Counted from the stretch's first letter, positions 24,136 to 38,089 are shown. The stretch is 64,000 nucleotides of DNA from Eukaryota sp. TZLM1-RC (GCA_040285825.1 JAUPSS010000003.1:2790001-2854000), one strand, 5' to 3'. The notes: generated by a model from the sequence alone, not told the origin. Made by a program: numbers and translations.

Positions 24136-24633
24136 TTATGGTGATATGGACTCTACTGGAAAATATAATTCCGTATGTAACTCAGAGTCGTCCATGACTA
24201 CCTCTGGTGAGTTATCGTATTTTTCAAAGCAATTATCTACAACTTCAAGGTTGTTGTCTTTTATGAAGGTCATGGCAGTGTTCCAGGCCACTGAGAGATC
24301 CTCATAGCAGCCTTTGTGAACATATCGTACAGTTTTCCCAGCACGAAAGACAATTTCTTCTATTCCCTTGGTATCTTGGAGGTTAAAGTCATTGAGGGCG
24401 ACCCAACAATCGAACTGTCCATCCTTATCCATATTATGGTTGCCGTATATAACATAGAGACTACTGTCTGAGGAGAATTTGACATAACACAGTATAGTGG
24501 GAATAAGCGATTCTAGTGCCCCTTTAAGTGTCTTCATGGTAACAGTTCGCTTCAACCCATATAGAATGGTCCCAGGAAAATCAATAATATGAGGTTCAGA
24601 ATCATCCAGAGACTTGAGGATAGAATCGTCCAT
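24136..24633 (-). CDS. GyrI-like small-molecule-binding domain protein
   Basis: HKGCYEDLSVAW...FEKYDNSP...ELHTELYFPV is typical of GyrI-like/AraC effector domains. Confidence 0.8.
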   Translation of the reverse strand: MDDSILKSLDDSEPHIIDFPGTILYGLKRTVTMKTLKGALESLIPTILCYVKFSSDSSLYVIYGNHNMDKDGQFDCWVALNDFNLQDTKGIEEIVFRAGKTVRYVHKGCYEDLSVAWNTAMTFIKDNNLEVVDNCFEKYDNSPEVVMDDSELHTELYFPVESISP

Positions 24634-24988
24634 CCTTTAGTAGAACAGGACACGATATATCAGAGTCTATGTGTCTTGGAGTGGAAGGAAAAGGAAAGTA
24701 ATCAATTAACTTTGGCAATGTGTTCTAGGTGCCATGACGTCATAACATGCTGTTATCTCTGTATGCTGTTCAACTTCATTTTACTTGAAGTTTATCACTG
24801 CTTCTTTGGTCACAATAAACTCCTCTCTACCAAAGTTTCAATGGTTTGTGATTGAATAATATGTAAGCTATTTTTGATGGAAATTCCATGACAAACCCAG
24901 TACACAGCGGAAGAGTGTTGTTGAAAGGGTGTGCAACTTCGAGATTTTCTGTAACCACATACATTGGGGTTGAAGAGCCTTTCACTTG

Positions 24989-25069
24989 TGTTGGCGCCCT
25001 TAGGCTTTTATAATATGAATAAAAAATAAATTATCTTTATCTCAACCGCTTTTGCAACCTAAGGCAACA
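24989..25069 (+). repeat. 5' LTR (81 bp)
   Basis: 78/81 identical to 31897-31977. Confidence 0.95.
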
Positions 25070-25153
25070 ATAATTATTGGTCATATTAGGTTATAGGTAT
25101 ACCGCTTACACAACTTACAGCTTTTCATTCAGAGGATATCTTCAGCAGATATC

Positions 25154-28100
25154 ATGTCAGTCTCTCCTCACCAGGACACTGACTCTTTTAAGATTTTCAT
25201 GCAACAGCACGACAGAGATGCATGTAATACATTCACAACAATAGGAGAAGAAGTAAAGAGTGAGGATTCGGTCTCGAGACCACCCTCCACCCCCCCCCCC
25301 CCAAGAGAAACCAATGGAACCAGACACGGAACCAGGCACGGAACCACCTCCCCCCTCTTCCAAGTCCAACAAACCAGAAAAGGTTTCAGGAACGGGACCA
25401 CCCCCCTCCTCACCTAAAGATAAAAATGTTGGGTCAAGCTCAGAAACTTCGTCTGTTCTGAAGGACTACGAAGAACTTCAGTCCGTTTTAGAAGAAATAG
25501 CCGTCGAAGAGAAAGAATTTCGCCAACAGATAATAAAGGACGCGGAAGCCCACCTCGAACCTACAGATTATTGTTTGTTCGAGCAGCTCCCTCCCCTTTG
25601 GAAACAAATGACAAAATCTGGTAGAAACGTGGGATTCTAGACTCTGGGCCATAAAGGGGACCCTAATAGAGTCTACGAAATCCCTCAAAGCGAGAGAAGA
25701 GAACTAATTAACGCTTTGGACGCCCTGAGTAGAGAAACCTACGGATGCGGGGCAGAACGCCGTCCTAGGATAACCGGTATGGACAGAGAAATCCATGTGA
25801 TTCTGGCAAATCCAATCAAAGATAGACCTGATTGGGAAGCCATTCACTTGGACCAGTTCGGGAGAAGGATCAGGTTCTTAGCCATCGAACGAAGGAGTAG
25901 AACCGATAGCGACGCCATCCTGGAAACCAAATTGTCGGCATGGATGGACTCGTACTTTGATACGATCATCCATAACTACTCAGAGGTAACGGATGGGGCT
26001 CCTACTTGTTTCAGGGAGTATATGGAACAAGCAGAAAGCACAAATTTAAGCAAGGTGGAACCCTGCAGTGACTTTTTTGACGTGGACGCCCTAAATAATA
26101 TACTTACAGAACGTTCAAGCGTCTCCACATTTAGGAGCCGCCCAAACAACTTTATTCAGCATTTCGGGGAATCTACAACAAGGAAGAAGAAGTTCAGATT
26201 CATGGTCACGGGCGATCAATCAACAGAGCTCCACCAGAGACCTAAACTTCCAGTAATTGCCCCCATTATATCTGAAAAAGAGCAACCAGTACACGTCTGT
26301 TCTATCGATGTACTTCCTGGCCACATCCCAACAGTAGATGTAACAGAACGAGCAAACAGACCTACCAGAGTGGTTCAGGAACCATCAAGTTCCTCCCAAC
26401 CTATGCTCACTAGTGCATCAGAAGACGATGTCGAGTTGAGAGGACCTAGTTTAGATGAAACACCTCCTCCTCAACCCTTTCGTAGAAGAATTTCTTCTGA
26501 GGAGCCTCTTCGTTTGGAAGACCTCCAAGCTCCAAGCAATATTTTGGACATGAGTATAGCGAGTAATCTTCAAAGACATGTGGACTCTCAGCCTAGGTCA
26601 GATGAATACAAAGCTCCTCACCTATCTGAGAAGGACCCACTCAACAAAATGTCTCTCGTCTCCTTCCTTCTCAAGTTCCAAACATGGGATAAATACGGGC
26701 GCAAGATAGCTAATAGAAGCTTCCAAGTCCCTGGTCAATCTGATTGGTCTCGTGCTATGTTGATAGAAACTCAAATATTCAGTGAATGAAAGACCCAGAT
26801 TACCCCTGAACTCTTATCATCTCTCCCATCTCACATAAGGGAAGAAATTGATAGGGACATGAAGCAGCCTTTTATTAAGGATCGACCCAGAACTGACGAA
26901 ACGTTTGGGACCTCCTATTCATCATTACGACTTATCTAGAAGTATGATGATCAGTACTTGTCCGTCTGGCTTATCAAATATGGTTGACCCCCTCCTTATC
27001 TCTAGATGGCAAAGTCAAGAACTCTTAAGACCGGACTTCTCTGATGCAAATATAGTGGTATTTCTGCTACGCAGGACACAATTTACCTCTTATCACAAGG
27101 CCTGTTCCGCCCTAGCAAAACCTTGCATTAATTGGAGAAACATACACAACACAATGGAAGCTGACAAAGAATTTGGTCGGTTCGTCGAAGATTTTGGAAA
27201 CGTTCTGAGGATAACCACTTACATGGTTGATCATTCTATATCTACATCGATTAGGGGAAGTAATGGTTTAATAACCCCCTCACCCGCCCTCATTGCAGAA
27301 TATTTTCTCTTGGGTATAGATAATTTCGCCATTACCAAGGAGCTGGCAAGCCATTGGACAAGAGAAGATTTCTGGGACCCTTCAACAAGTACAACTTTGT
27401 TAGACCTGATTTCGACCACCAGAAGACACTTTTTAGCTTGGTGCCAAACAACAGGAAATAGGCACACCATGGAACTTTTGAGAAAACAAGCTGAAAGAGA
27501 AGAAGATATTCCATTAGGCCTTTCGACCATGAGAACGTACTCTAGAGGAGCAATTCCATCTAGTCCAGGTGCTCAACGTCGCTCGGAGGGCGGACCCAAA
27601 GGAACTCCCCAAAACAAATATGTCCCAAAAAGACATGAACGGGAGGGATCTAAGTTTTGTACATTATGCAACGTCACCGAAGGAAATAACCCTATTGGTC
27701 ACTCGGTCTTTGAATGTAAAGACCCCCGTTGTACCAGGAGCAAGGTACCTAAAGAATTAAGGTTTAAGATCGGCGAGGCTGATCAGCCTGCGAGAAATGG
27801 CAGTGTAGTCAGGGGCCGAGGTGGCCGTGGTAGACGTGTATCTAGGTTTAGAGGTAGGGTCCGAGGTGGCCATTTTAGAGGACATAAAGGCAGAGGTCAG
27901 TATAGACCTATTTATTACATAAACACACAAGAGGAAACATCATCAACATCATCCCCTTCTGAGAACGTGTCAGCTAGTTCGAGCATGACCACTCACAGAC
28001 GGATTGACCGTTTCAGCAACAGGGTCAGAAACACAGGAAACTTTCCCAATCGGAAACAAATCAACGTAATCAATCATAATCAATCAATTGCCGATTTCGG

Positions 28101-28176
28101 AAACCCAGTCAACAACTCCCCCAACAGCTCAACAATTCTTACTAAATCCTCTACAATTCCACAAACCCAGCTCTGA
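25154..28176 (+). pseudogene. gag-like region (frameshifted)
   Basis: Successive ORFs downstream of the LTR; C-terminal CTLC-x10-H-x4-C and RG-rich nucleocapsid-like tract. Confidence 0.75.
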
Positions 28177-31100
28177 TATCAATAGTATTTTTGGTATAAA
28201 TTCTACGGTTAGTGAGAACCACATCAGATCCCAGCGTTCTCCATTTCTAAGATTGGAGATTTTAATAAATAATATAAAAATGATTGTAACTATTGATTCG
28301 GCAGCGTTTTGTTCGGTTAAAAAAGAAGATTTGGCTAACAAATGCAACATGTCAATTAATAGAGATGATACAATTGAGTTCTTACCAGCCAATAACGTAT
28401 CAAGTGAATCGCTAGGGAGTGCAAATGGTATTCTGTCGTTCAACGTAGGAAGCATTGCGCACCAGGTACATTATAGACATACTCTTCCCATAATCCCGGG
28501 TTCGAACAAACAATTAATAGGGATAGACATGTTAAAAACACTTGGGCTTCAGATGGATGATGGTCTTTTCATTAGATTAGACAAAGAACACCACATTTTG
28601 TTAAATGAAGAATCTGAATTCGACTCTAGAATCGCTCAACATTCGATTGGGAACTTAGATAACCAATCATCGAGTCCTTCCGATTTTGAGGAGCAGTTAA
28701 CTAGATCTGGTTGTGAGATAAATTTAGATGATAGTAATAATAAATTAAAATTAACGAGTTTATTGAAATTGTTCAGCGATGTTTTTAGTGAAACTCCAAG
28801 TAAAAAAGGTATTGATTGTAGTCCTCTTACAATCCCCTTTCGCGATGAAAACGCTATTGTACATAAACCTGCTAGACGGTTAAACCCAAGCAATCTAGAA
28901 ATAGCCAACAAAATATTCGACGAATTGATAGAAATGGGTTATGCAGTTGAATCCAATTATAGATTCAGCTCTCCTATTGTCCTAGTTATCTACCCAGATG
29001 ACCTAGATTAACCTAGATTAACTGGCGACTTTAGTGGTACAGACGGTGTTAATGCCCATACAATTTCTGTCGAACCAAATTTACCGCGGATTAGTGACAT
29101 ATTAGAATTTTTGAGCAGAGCTGACTACATTGCCACGCTTGATTTACCAAAAGCTTTCTGGCAAATGAATGTAGCAAAAAAGGGTATTGAAAAAACATCA
29201 ATTTCAATACCTGGAAGGTCCATTATGTTCAAAAGAGCCTGCTTCGGTTTAAAGAATATCCCAGCAGTATTTCAAAATGTAATGATGGAAATTTTTCAAT
29301 AGACGGCGTTTTCATATACATAGACGACATTATAATAGTCGGTTCTTCATTTGATGAATTCTGCAAACAACTACAAAGAGTCCTCGAATGCGCCAGGAAA
29401 AGACGGGTCAACATTGGTTTACGAAAATGCAAATTCGTCACAGCCAAACACCCCATTGACATATTAGGGAAGTACCTTCCAGAACAAAACTAGGTTCATC
29501 AGCAAGAAAAAAATAGAAGCCCTTATGAGAATACCCAGACCAAAAACATTGAAAGAGGTTCGCTCCTGGGTTGGATCAATTAATTACATAAGAGATTGGC
29601 TTACTGGAATTTCTGAATTAATAGCTCCAATTAACGAGTTAATAAAAGGAAAACCTAGAACTATCAAATGGACCAATGTGCATGACGAGTATCTTAAACA
29701 AATCAAAGATTTAATAGTAAACCACATGCCTCTTGAATTACCAGCTCCGGGCAAGCGAGTATTAATAAGTACTGACGCTTCAGATGTAGCAGTAGGAGGT
29801 GTAATTTGGCAAGAAATTGAACCCTACTCCCCTGCAGGAACCCCGCTAAATAAAAGGAAAGTGCAACCTTTGTCATTCTATAGTAGATTACTTACAGAAA
29901 CACAATCAAAATGGTCCACCTTACAAAAGGAATTATATGCAATACTTTTGATTTTAACTGAAAGTTGTTTAGAAAGCTACCTTTTGACTAGACATCTAAC
30001 AATTTTCACTGATCACAAAAATATTGCATTCCTTGCCACAGCCCCAGAGAAAAACAGAATTGTAAAGAGATGGCTGCCGATACTATTTGAATTCGACTTT
30101 GATATAGTCCATGAACCAGGTGAAGATAACCACTGGGAAGATATGCTATCGAGGAATATTGATTTAGATCAAAACAAGGAAACTTCTTCTATATGTAGTA
30201 TAAATATACCAGATACTTTACTTTCGAATTACGAGATACCTTCAATAGACGATGATTCTGATTCGGACTTCGAAGACATCCCATCAATTTCATCCCTAAG
30301 TAGACACCAGGACTTACCTATTTTTTCTTCTTGGTTCTCTAAAATAAGATCTGAACAACAAATAGCCAAAAATCACAATGACCCTCTATTTGAGAATGCA
30401 ATTCTAGATGAAAATACTTAAATTTGGAAAAACAATAAAAATAAAATTTTAATTCCAAAAAGCCTCAGAAAACAGGCTCTACTATTAATACATGGATTGG
30501 TTCAATCAGGCCACCCCAGCAAAAACGACAGTCTACATAAACTGTGCAAAAGCGACTTTTTCTGGCCTAGTATGAGAAAGGACCTCATAAACCACATCAA
30601 AAGATGCCCAACTTGTCAAAAAACGGCACCAGTTTCCCTTTGGGCAGATCGTCCTTTTGCTAGATTAAATGTCGACACAATACTGATAGTGATGGTAATA
30701 AATACTTATTAGTATTTGTAGATTCTTTAACTGGATATTCAATATTCAATTTTAGTCCCTCTGAAGGAACTCAATGCCTTAGAGACCGCAGACGCTTTAA
30801 TTTGGAACGTTTGCGCAATTTTGGCATACCTATGTTAATTCATAGTGATAATGGTCCTGAGTTCACCAATGAGACCTTTAAGATAGTGTGTAATAGATTA
30901 GCTATTGAGATGAGTAACTCAATACCCCACTACTCTAAAAGTAATGGACTCGTAGAACGAAAACATAGAGACGTTCTACAATGCTTGAGGAAATTATTAA
31001 TAGATTTAAATGATTATGGAAATTGGTCTACTTATGTACCCATATCCCAACTATTAATAAATTCCACTAAAAGCAGAAAGACAGGTTTTACACCTTACAA

Positions 31101-31783
31101 ACTAATGTTCGGATCTTCGATTAGTCCAAGATCGGACCCTGCAAACATATTAGGAAACTTATCAAAATTTTGATTCCGATATCCCTTTATTAGACGATAT
31201 TAAATTGAAAAATACTCGTCTGCAAGAAAAAAGGGAAGAAGCAGAGCGTCATCAATCATTAAATACTCCGATTACAGTAGACAATACTAATTCGCGTTCT
31301 ATAGTATTTAATATTGGTGACTATGTCCTACGTAAAACCAAACAGAATAATAAATTACATGGATCTTGGGACGGACCCTTTTTAGTAATAGATCATCCTT
31401 CCAACTCTACTTTATTATTGAAGAATCTTACCACTGGCACCGAATTAAAGGCTGCTAAGAAAGATTGCAAAATCTATAACGCTGAGAATCCACAGGATAT
31501 CGAATTTCTCAAGGCAGTCGCAGCAGGCGATGCTGAGAAACACGTTATAGAGAAAATCCTCTCAGAATATAATTCTGGCTCAGGTAGTTTCTGTACTGTT
31601 CAATGGTTTGGCGGTGAGACAACAGAAGAGCCTCTCCATTCAGTTAAACATTCAGAAGCTTACAAGTTGTTCAGTAGGAATAACAAGAAAATTGGAAAAC
31701 GTACTACTAGTCAACGTAAAAGTACCTCCAATAACTCTACGCCTTACAAGAGGCCTAGACGCAGTACTAGAATTAGGAAGTGA
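28088..31783 (+). pseudogene. pol: protease, RT, RNase H, integrase, chromodomain (disrupted)
   Basis: IDSAA (protease), LDLPKAFWQ / FGLKN / YIDD (RT), TDASD (RNase H), GH..CPTC, HSDNGPEF, NGLVER, WDGPF, HVIEKIL..VQWFG..EEP. Confidence 0.92.
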
Positions 31784-31896
31784 TGCCAATTCTTAGTTTA
31801 GATTAGTTTAGATTATTTGTAGTTATTTAGTTATTGGTTTATAGTTTAATTCATATTTATATAAGCATATTATCTTTGAAAACGGGGAAGAAGCAG

Positions 31897-31977
31897 TGTT
31901 TGCGCCCTTAGGCTTTTCTAATATGAATAAAAAATAAATTATCTTTATCTCAACCACTTTTGCAACCTAAGGCAACA
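31897..31977 (+). repeat. 3' LTR (81 bp)
   Basis: Direct repeat of 24989-25069. Confidence 0.95.
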
Positions 31978-32089
31978 CTTGGAGAAGACTGCATAGTGGA
32001 AGATTTTATACTAATCCTGAAAGTACAAGAAGACTCATCCTTGATTAAGACATACTGTGAAAAGTTAAAACATGTTGTATTCTTCTATG

Positions 32090-32357
32090 TTGAACTCAAT
32101 TTCCGATAAAATTGACCAAATGATGACTTTAGATATACAGAAACATATCAAATTTACCATTATAAGACTGTGTTTTAGTTCCAACTTTAATCATATATTT
32201 CGATGCACCTCTTATCACTAGACCTTTGGCCCAGAAGTTTATTGAGTTACGTGCAAAAGTTTTATCACAATTACTGGGATAACAAATGTTCCAAATTCCA
32301 GATCATGCCTATCTTAGTCCACATTATGGCGGTTTAGTTTGGACGAAGGCTTCTATT
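32090..32357 (+). mobile_element. Family-A non-LTR internal fragment
   Basis: Matches about 47620-47892. Confidence 0.85.
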
Positions 32358-32751
32358 CAAGGTCTTGTAATGTCCTTAATTTTGTCAAAAATGTTTTTTT
32401 AAAGATTGAAGATTTGATGCAACAGCTCCAAGATCAAGCATTATTACTAACTATGACGGCTCAAATAGTACATTTTTGCTTACCAAAATATTTTTTCATC
32501 TTACCTTGTATAACGAATGTCAAAACCATATTTACCAAATTTTGGATAATTCTTGTCCTGACTGGTGAACTTCATTAAAAATTTAACAACAAACCAGATG
32601 CATTAGGGAACGGTAGTATAAGTCAAGTGACCAGTTCAAAAAATGTTTTGTACCAATGGAAGAAACAAATAGATTGGCAAATACCCATTACAAAATTGAG
32701 ACATGGTTCAATTTTAAATAATGTTCTTGACTTGCTAGCTGATGTTCTTAA

Positions 32752-35700
32752 TTTTTTTTATTTATTTATTGTTAAAACTGGAATAATTATTGAGATAAAA
32801 CCCATCTAGAATTCAATATCCTCCAAACAAGCGTCACTATTACTGAACCTCACAGCATTACGTTCATATTCTACACCAATAGCTAAAAGTGCCTTTGAAA
32901 TCATTGTTGGAATAGACTTGAAAATGCAAAAAACAATTCTATTTAACCAGAAAGTGGAGTTAATTGTTTTACCAGACCTATTCAGTAACACTTTTTTGAA
33001 ATTTTCAAAAAAGTGCAACCCTGAAGGTCCAATATTGCCAAAAAGAGAAATTGCAAACGGCACAAACTGATATTTCACATGTTCCACTCTACCTAACTGT
33101 GCCAAAGGTTCTTCATATTTTTTTATCTTCTTTTTTTCGGCGTTAGATAACGGCGAATCAGCGGAATACACTAAACGAGCAGCAAAATTTTTGCAAACAT
33201 CCGCTGAGACAACGTCTACAACATTGAGAACACCATCGATCCCTGGATCTGCTAAATCTGCCCTTCTTTTACCAAAGGAATCATCAGTTTGATCTGAAGA
33301 CAGCTTACGTACTAGTGGCTCAATAAATGCCACTATATTGAAACTTTTGCACATGGCATATAATTGATCACGAACTGAGTCATGAACAAGTGAGCGATAA
33401 GTTATAAAATACTTACAGTTTAAAATATGGGAAAGCGTAACAACACTCTTGCAGAGACAATTTAAATCATTTGGTAATGAACAAGGCCATAGAAAACATC
33501 TCATTCTCATTGCAGTGGTCCATTGGTGATCATTAAGTAGAAGGCCATAAATGTTGGGAATTTGGGAGATTAGGCAACTTGAGCAACTGTCTTCAAGATC
33601 AATCAAAAAGTTTGCAAAAACGGGATTTTTTTCCTTAGCCAAGCTAAGACGTACAATATAATCCAAGTTTTCTAAAACTTTCAAGATTTTTTTCTGCAAT
33701 TTTGCAAAAGTCAGTGGTAAGGAGAGCAAGCTTCTTGAAGGAAGTTCCACAATATCAGAGGGGAAACATTTAGCCCAAATATTGGGTGAAAGAGTTTCAA
33801 TTTCCTGTTGCAATGAAATAAGATAAGAGCTGCCACAATTTTCAATGAGATGAATTTTTTCAGGAAAACGATTCACAAATTCATAAATAAAATTCTTTCC
33901 ACCTCCAATAAAGGCAGCTTTACAAAGGTAGCTTGATTTAGGAAAATCAACACCACCAAAATTTGTACCACAAAAAATGTGGCTTCGTAACTGAGATGCA
34001 TCAATTTCCAATAATTTTGCTAAAAAATTGGTTCTTTGTTCATTAAAAATGCGACACAACTCCAAAGAAATTGATGGTGATGTTGATCTCAAAATATGAG
34101 TAAATTTTCCAGAATAACAGATTTTTAGGAAAAAGAATTTCAAATGTTTCTCAATATTTAAATTTTCTATTGATTCTAATTCTTTTCCAAATTGAGTCAA
34201 CAGAGTCGAAAGTTGGCTTTTGACTTCATCAATATTTCCGAGATAACAACCCAAAAAACGAAAACCAGACTGATCATAATTGATAAAGGGGACATTGACA
34301 TCATTAATGGAAAAATCAATTGGCTCATGGCCAATAATCAAACATTTGGAGATATTCAATGAGAGACCAATATCTTCATAACGCTGTTGAATAAAGGTTG
34401 CTATTTGTTTCAGAATTGTAATAGGAGCAATTACAGAAATTTATTACTGTAATTGAAGTTCTTAAAGCTATTCAAAAATTGCCAAAGGGGAAAGCAGCAG
34501 GCCCATCTGGAATTTCTTTTGATCTGTTAAAAATAGCGTGTTCCAGTGCCCCCGAAATTGCTGATGATCTGGCCCATTATTTTCAACAATTAATTGTTTT
34601 GAAAATTAATCCCCCTTTTGAATTACTTGCTGCACGTCTGATTGCTTTGGTAAAGCCTGGTAATGGAATTAAACCTGATGGAATACGCCCAATTGCTGTT
34701 GGTGAATCTCTTTCTCGTTTGCTAGCATCAATTGTCTTCGATCGTGTCAAAGACAAAGCTTCTACATTTTTGAATCCTCATCAATTTGGAATCAAAACAA
34801 TTGATGGTGCTTCTGTTGCTGCTATTGCCTCTGATACCTTTTTTAATGCAGAGGAAAATAATTTTATTTTTAATCTCGACTTTAAAAATGCCTTTAATTC
34901 TGTAAAGCGAGAAGCAATTTTTAAAGTTATTAAATCTGATTTTCCTGAGCTATCGAGTTTTTTCTACCATTTTTATGGGAAAGAATCGGATTTAATTTTT
35001 AATTCATTTGGTCTTAAATCATCTTCTGGTGTGAAGCAAGGTGATCCTTTAGGCCCGTTATTGTTTTGTTTAGCTATTCACAAAACTTTAAATATCATTA
35101 AGCAAAAATACCCTTCTATAAAAATAGTTGTTTATATGGATGATATATCCTTGATTGGTTCATTTGATTTACTAGAATTGGTTGCTCAAGAAATTGCCGA
35201 TTCATATGAAAATATTGGGCTTCATCTTAATGCCAGCAAATGCCTTCTGATTGGATCTTCTGCTCAAGATCTCGTGATAAACGATTCTATTGTCCCTTTT
35301 ACTAATTATAGTAGTGATGCTTTTAAGTTCCTTGGCTGTTGGTTAGGAAACGTGCCTCAAATTCAGAATGAATTACAAGTTATTTTGGAAAAAATGAAAA
35401 TTGAACTTGATTCAATTTCTTCTTTAGATATAGAAAAGCATATTAAATTTTTCATGCTTAAAATTTGCTACACTGGGAGAGTAACCCACATTTTGAGATC
35501 TTGTGCTCCTTCCACAGCATTAGATTTTTGTCGTTCATTTAATTCATTGAGAACAGAATTTTTTGCTGATTTATTGGATGTTGAACCAGGAATGTTGAAA
35601 AGCCATTTATTTTCTTCAGCAAATTTGGGTGGTATTGGATTTACTAAATCTTCAATTTTGTGTCAATCAGCATTCTTGGGTGGTGGCAAATATTTTGTTT

Positions 35701-37290
35701 ATGAATTTTCTCGTAGATTTCCTGATGATTCTCATCTGTTAGTTCCCAATTGCAGTCCCTATTTGTATGAGTTATCTTGTGAACTTGAAAATTGCCGCCA
35801 CAAATTTGGACCAAATGTTTTCCTCAATCAATTCAAAAAATTCTAAACCGATCTCTTTTTAATTTACAGTTTTGCTGTAAAAAGCTTCAACAAAAATTGT
35901 CAAAGATTTTTGAAAGCTTGGATTTTGATGTTAGACTTGGCTTGGCCAAGAAACAGAATCCCGCTTTTGCAAATCTTTTACAAGATATGTGTGACAGTAC
36001 TTCTTCTGCCTTAGTAACAACAATTCCACAAGTTTATGGTACTCTCTTAACCGATTCTGCTTGGACTCTCAATATGAGATTTGGTTCCTTTATCTGGCCT
36101 GATAATTTACCTCATAATTTAATTTGTAAATGTTCTCGAGAAATTACAACTACTCATTTGTTAAATTGTAAACATTTTATTACTTTTAGAAGCAAGGTTC
36201 ATGATGCTGTAAGATACCAGTTATATTGTATGTGTAAGTCTCATAGAATCGAATCCTTTTTGGAACCTTTGTTGTCAAATCTGTTTGATGCTGAAGATGA
36301 TTTTCGTAAGAATAATAGAGGTGATGTTATATTACCTGGATTAGATGGAAGTTTCATTTTATTGGATGTAATGTCTGTTGATCCTTGTAATGCCTCAAAT
36401 GAAAGGCTAGTTAATTCTGAAATTCATAATCCCCTTTCAAATGCTGAAAATTTTAAATTCAAAAAATACAATGAACCTTTGTCCAAATTGGCCAGTCTAC
36501 AGCATGCAAAATACAATTTGTATCCATTTGTATTTTCCCTTTTTGGTTCACTTGCACCAACTGCTTTACGTTTTTTGGATGATTTTGAAATGATTGTAAA
36601 GAGAAGAACTGGCAGAAATTTCAACAGATTGCTTTGGCAAAATAGAATTGTGTTTTCTATTTTTAAGGGTATGTTGAAGATGGTTTCTGATGCTTTGCTT
36701 TCTCTTGGATCTCACTATGAGAGAGTTGCATCTAGTGTTTTTGTTCTGGGAGAGATGGATTTTTTTAGATGTTGATTTATAGGTTTTTAATAAAATTAAA
36801 ATTTTGGTAAAAAAAATTACAGAAATGTCACCCATATATGCCACAATATCTATTTCTGGGAATTTTTCTTTCAATTCGCACATTAATGGATGAATTGCCA
36901 GACAAAAGAAAAAAGGACCAAGTGGATCACCTTATTTAACACCTGAAGACGAAAGCAGGTCAAAGTTTTCATAGACCAATGTGGATGATTTTCCATAAAA
37001 TGAATAGAAAAAAGGTTCAACTTCAGGAAAATGCTTTTGCAGCACAGGTAAAATGGAAGAACGAGATACAGAATTGAAAGCATTCTTAAAATCTAAATTG
37101 AAGATGTAATTAGAATCACTAGAATTAAAAAACACATCCGACAAAAGAGCAGCAGAAGAAGCACCATCATATTGTCTTGATTCCAAATTGAAATGGACGG
37201 AAAAATTCCTTGGCTTTTTTCCCAATTCTATTGAAAACAAGAGACGCAAGAATTCTTGAAAACGATTCTCCAATTGCAATTGGATGTTCT
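32752..37290 (-). mobile_element. RLE non-LTR element, family B, split by a nested insertion (parts 36815-37290 and 32752-34440)
   Basis: RT part ends YMGDISVI at about 36815 and resumes ISVIAP at 34440; 517-aa ORF with CLC..HILNC, HDSVRD, RRAD, KIKKY; A-rich tail at about 32752. Confidence 0.88.
34441..36814 (+). mobile_element. 5'-truncated RLE non-LTR element, family C, nested in family B
   Basis: RT (RPIAVGE, QGDPLGP, YMDD) and RLE ORFs; A-tail; 12-bp TSD AATTACAGAAAT at 34429-34440 and 36815-36826. Confidence 0.92.
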
Positions 37291-38089
37291 TAATTGTAAT
37301 TTGATTTATAATGCTAGTCCCATTTTGTCGGTTTGGGTTGAGTTGAGACTTGATTCTATTCTCATCACAAGAAACACAGAAGAAGAAGAACAGTGTTGGT
37401 CAGTGAACTAACATTTCCAATGGACCTATTTTTAACCAATATGTACTACAGAGTAACGAAATGAGAGAGTCTTGATTTGCAATTGCCTAATTAAAGTTGT
37501 GTGAAAATGGGTCATTTTCTTTTCAAGTTTCTACAAAAAAATAGTTGCCAATAGCTGTATTTCATTCAGGAAAAGATAACTTATTTGAAGGTTTACAAGG
37601 AAAAGAACTACAAGAACTTAGCTCTTCAAGCTGTTTAATGCTCATACCTCTGCGTTTCCGTTAGATAATATCACATATATTTGTTTGTTGCAAATGCAAT
37701 AAGATCATCATTTTGGTATGTTGGCTCACAAATATTCCTCTAACTATTCTATTTTGCCCAAAAAACCACAAAATTATTGGTGCTTGTCGTTCAAATAATT
37801 AATGGAAAAATGATCAACATTGGGAGAGAAGCATCATCTTCTCCTTGTATTATTGATTTGTATATTGACAATGTCGATTCTAGATTATTTTAGGTAGGTT
37901 ACAAGAATCTGTAAATCCTTTGTTAATTTGTAATGATGGCTAGTGACGTTCCGGAATTCCAGCACGTTGATCACCATCTACAAAAACTTAATTCGATAAT
38001 TTATGGAATTTTTGTTGGAATTCTGGCAATCGACTTTGAAATTCCGTATCAATAAGGCATTCCAGTAGTGACTACTGAAATACTTGTAA

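Larger units (their letters stand above)
24989..31977 (+). mobile_element. Full-length (disabled) Ty3/Gypsy chromovirus-like LTR retrotransposon
   Basis: 81-bp LTRs TGTT...AACA, 4-bp TSD CTTG (24985-24988, 31978-31981), PPT GAAAACGGGGAAGAAGCAG before the 3' LTR, domain order gag-PR-RT-RH-IN-chromo. Confidence 0.96.
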
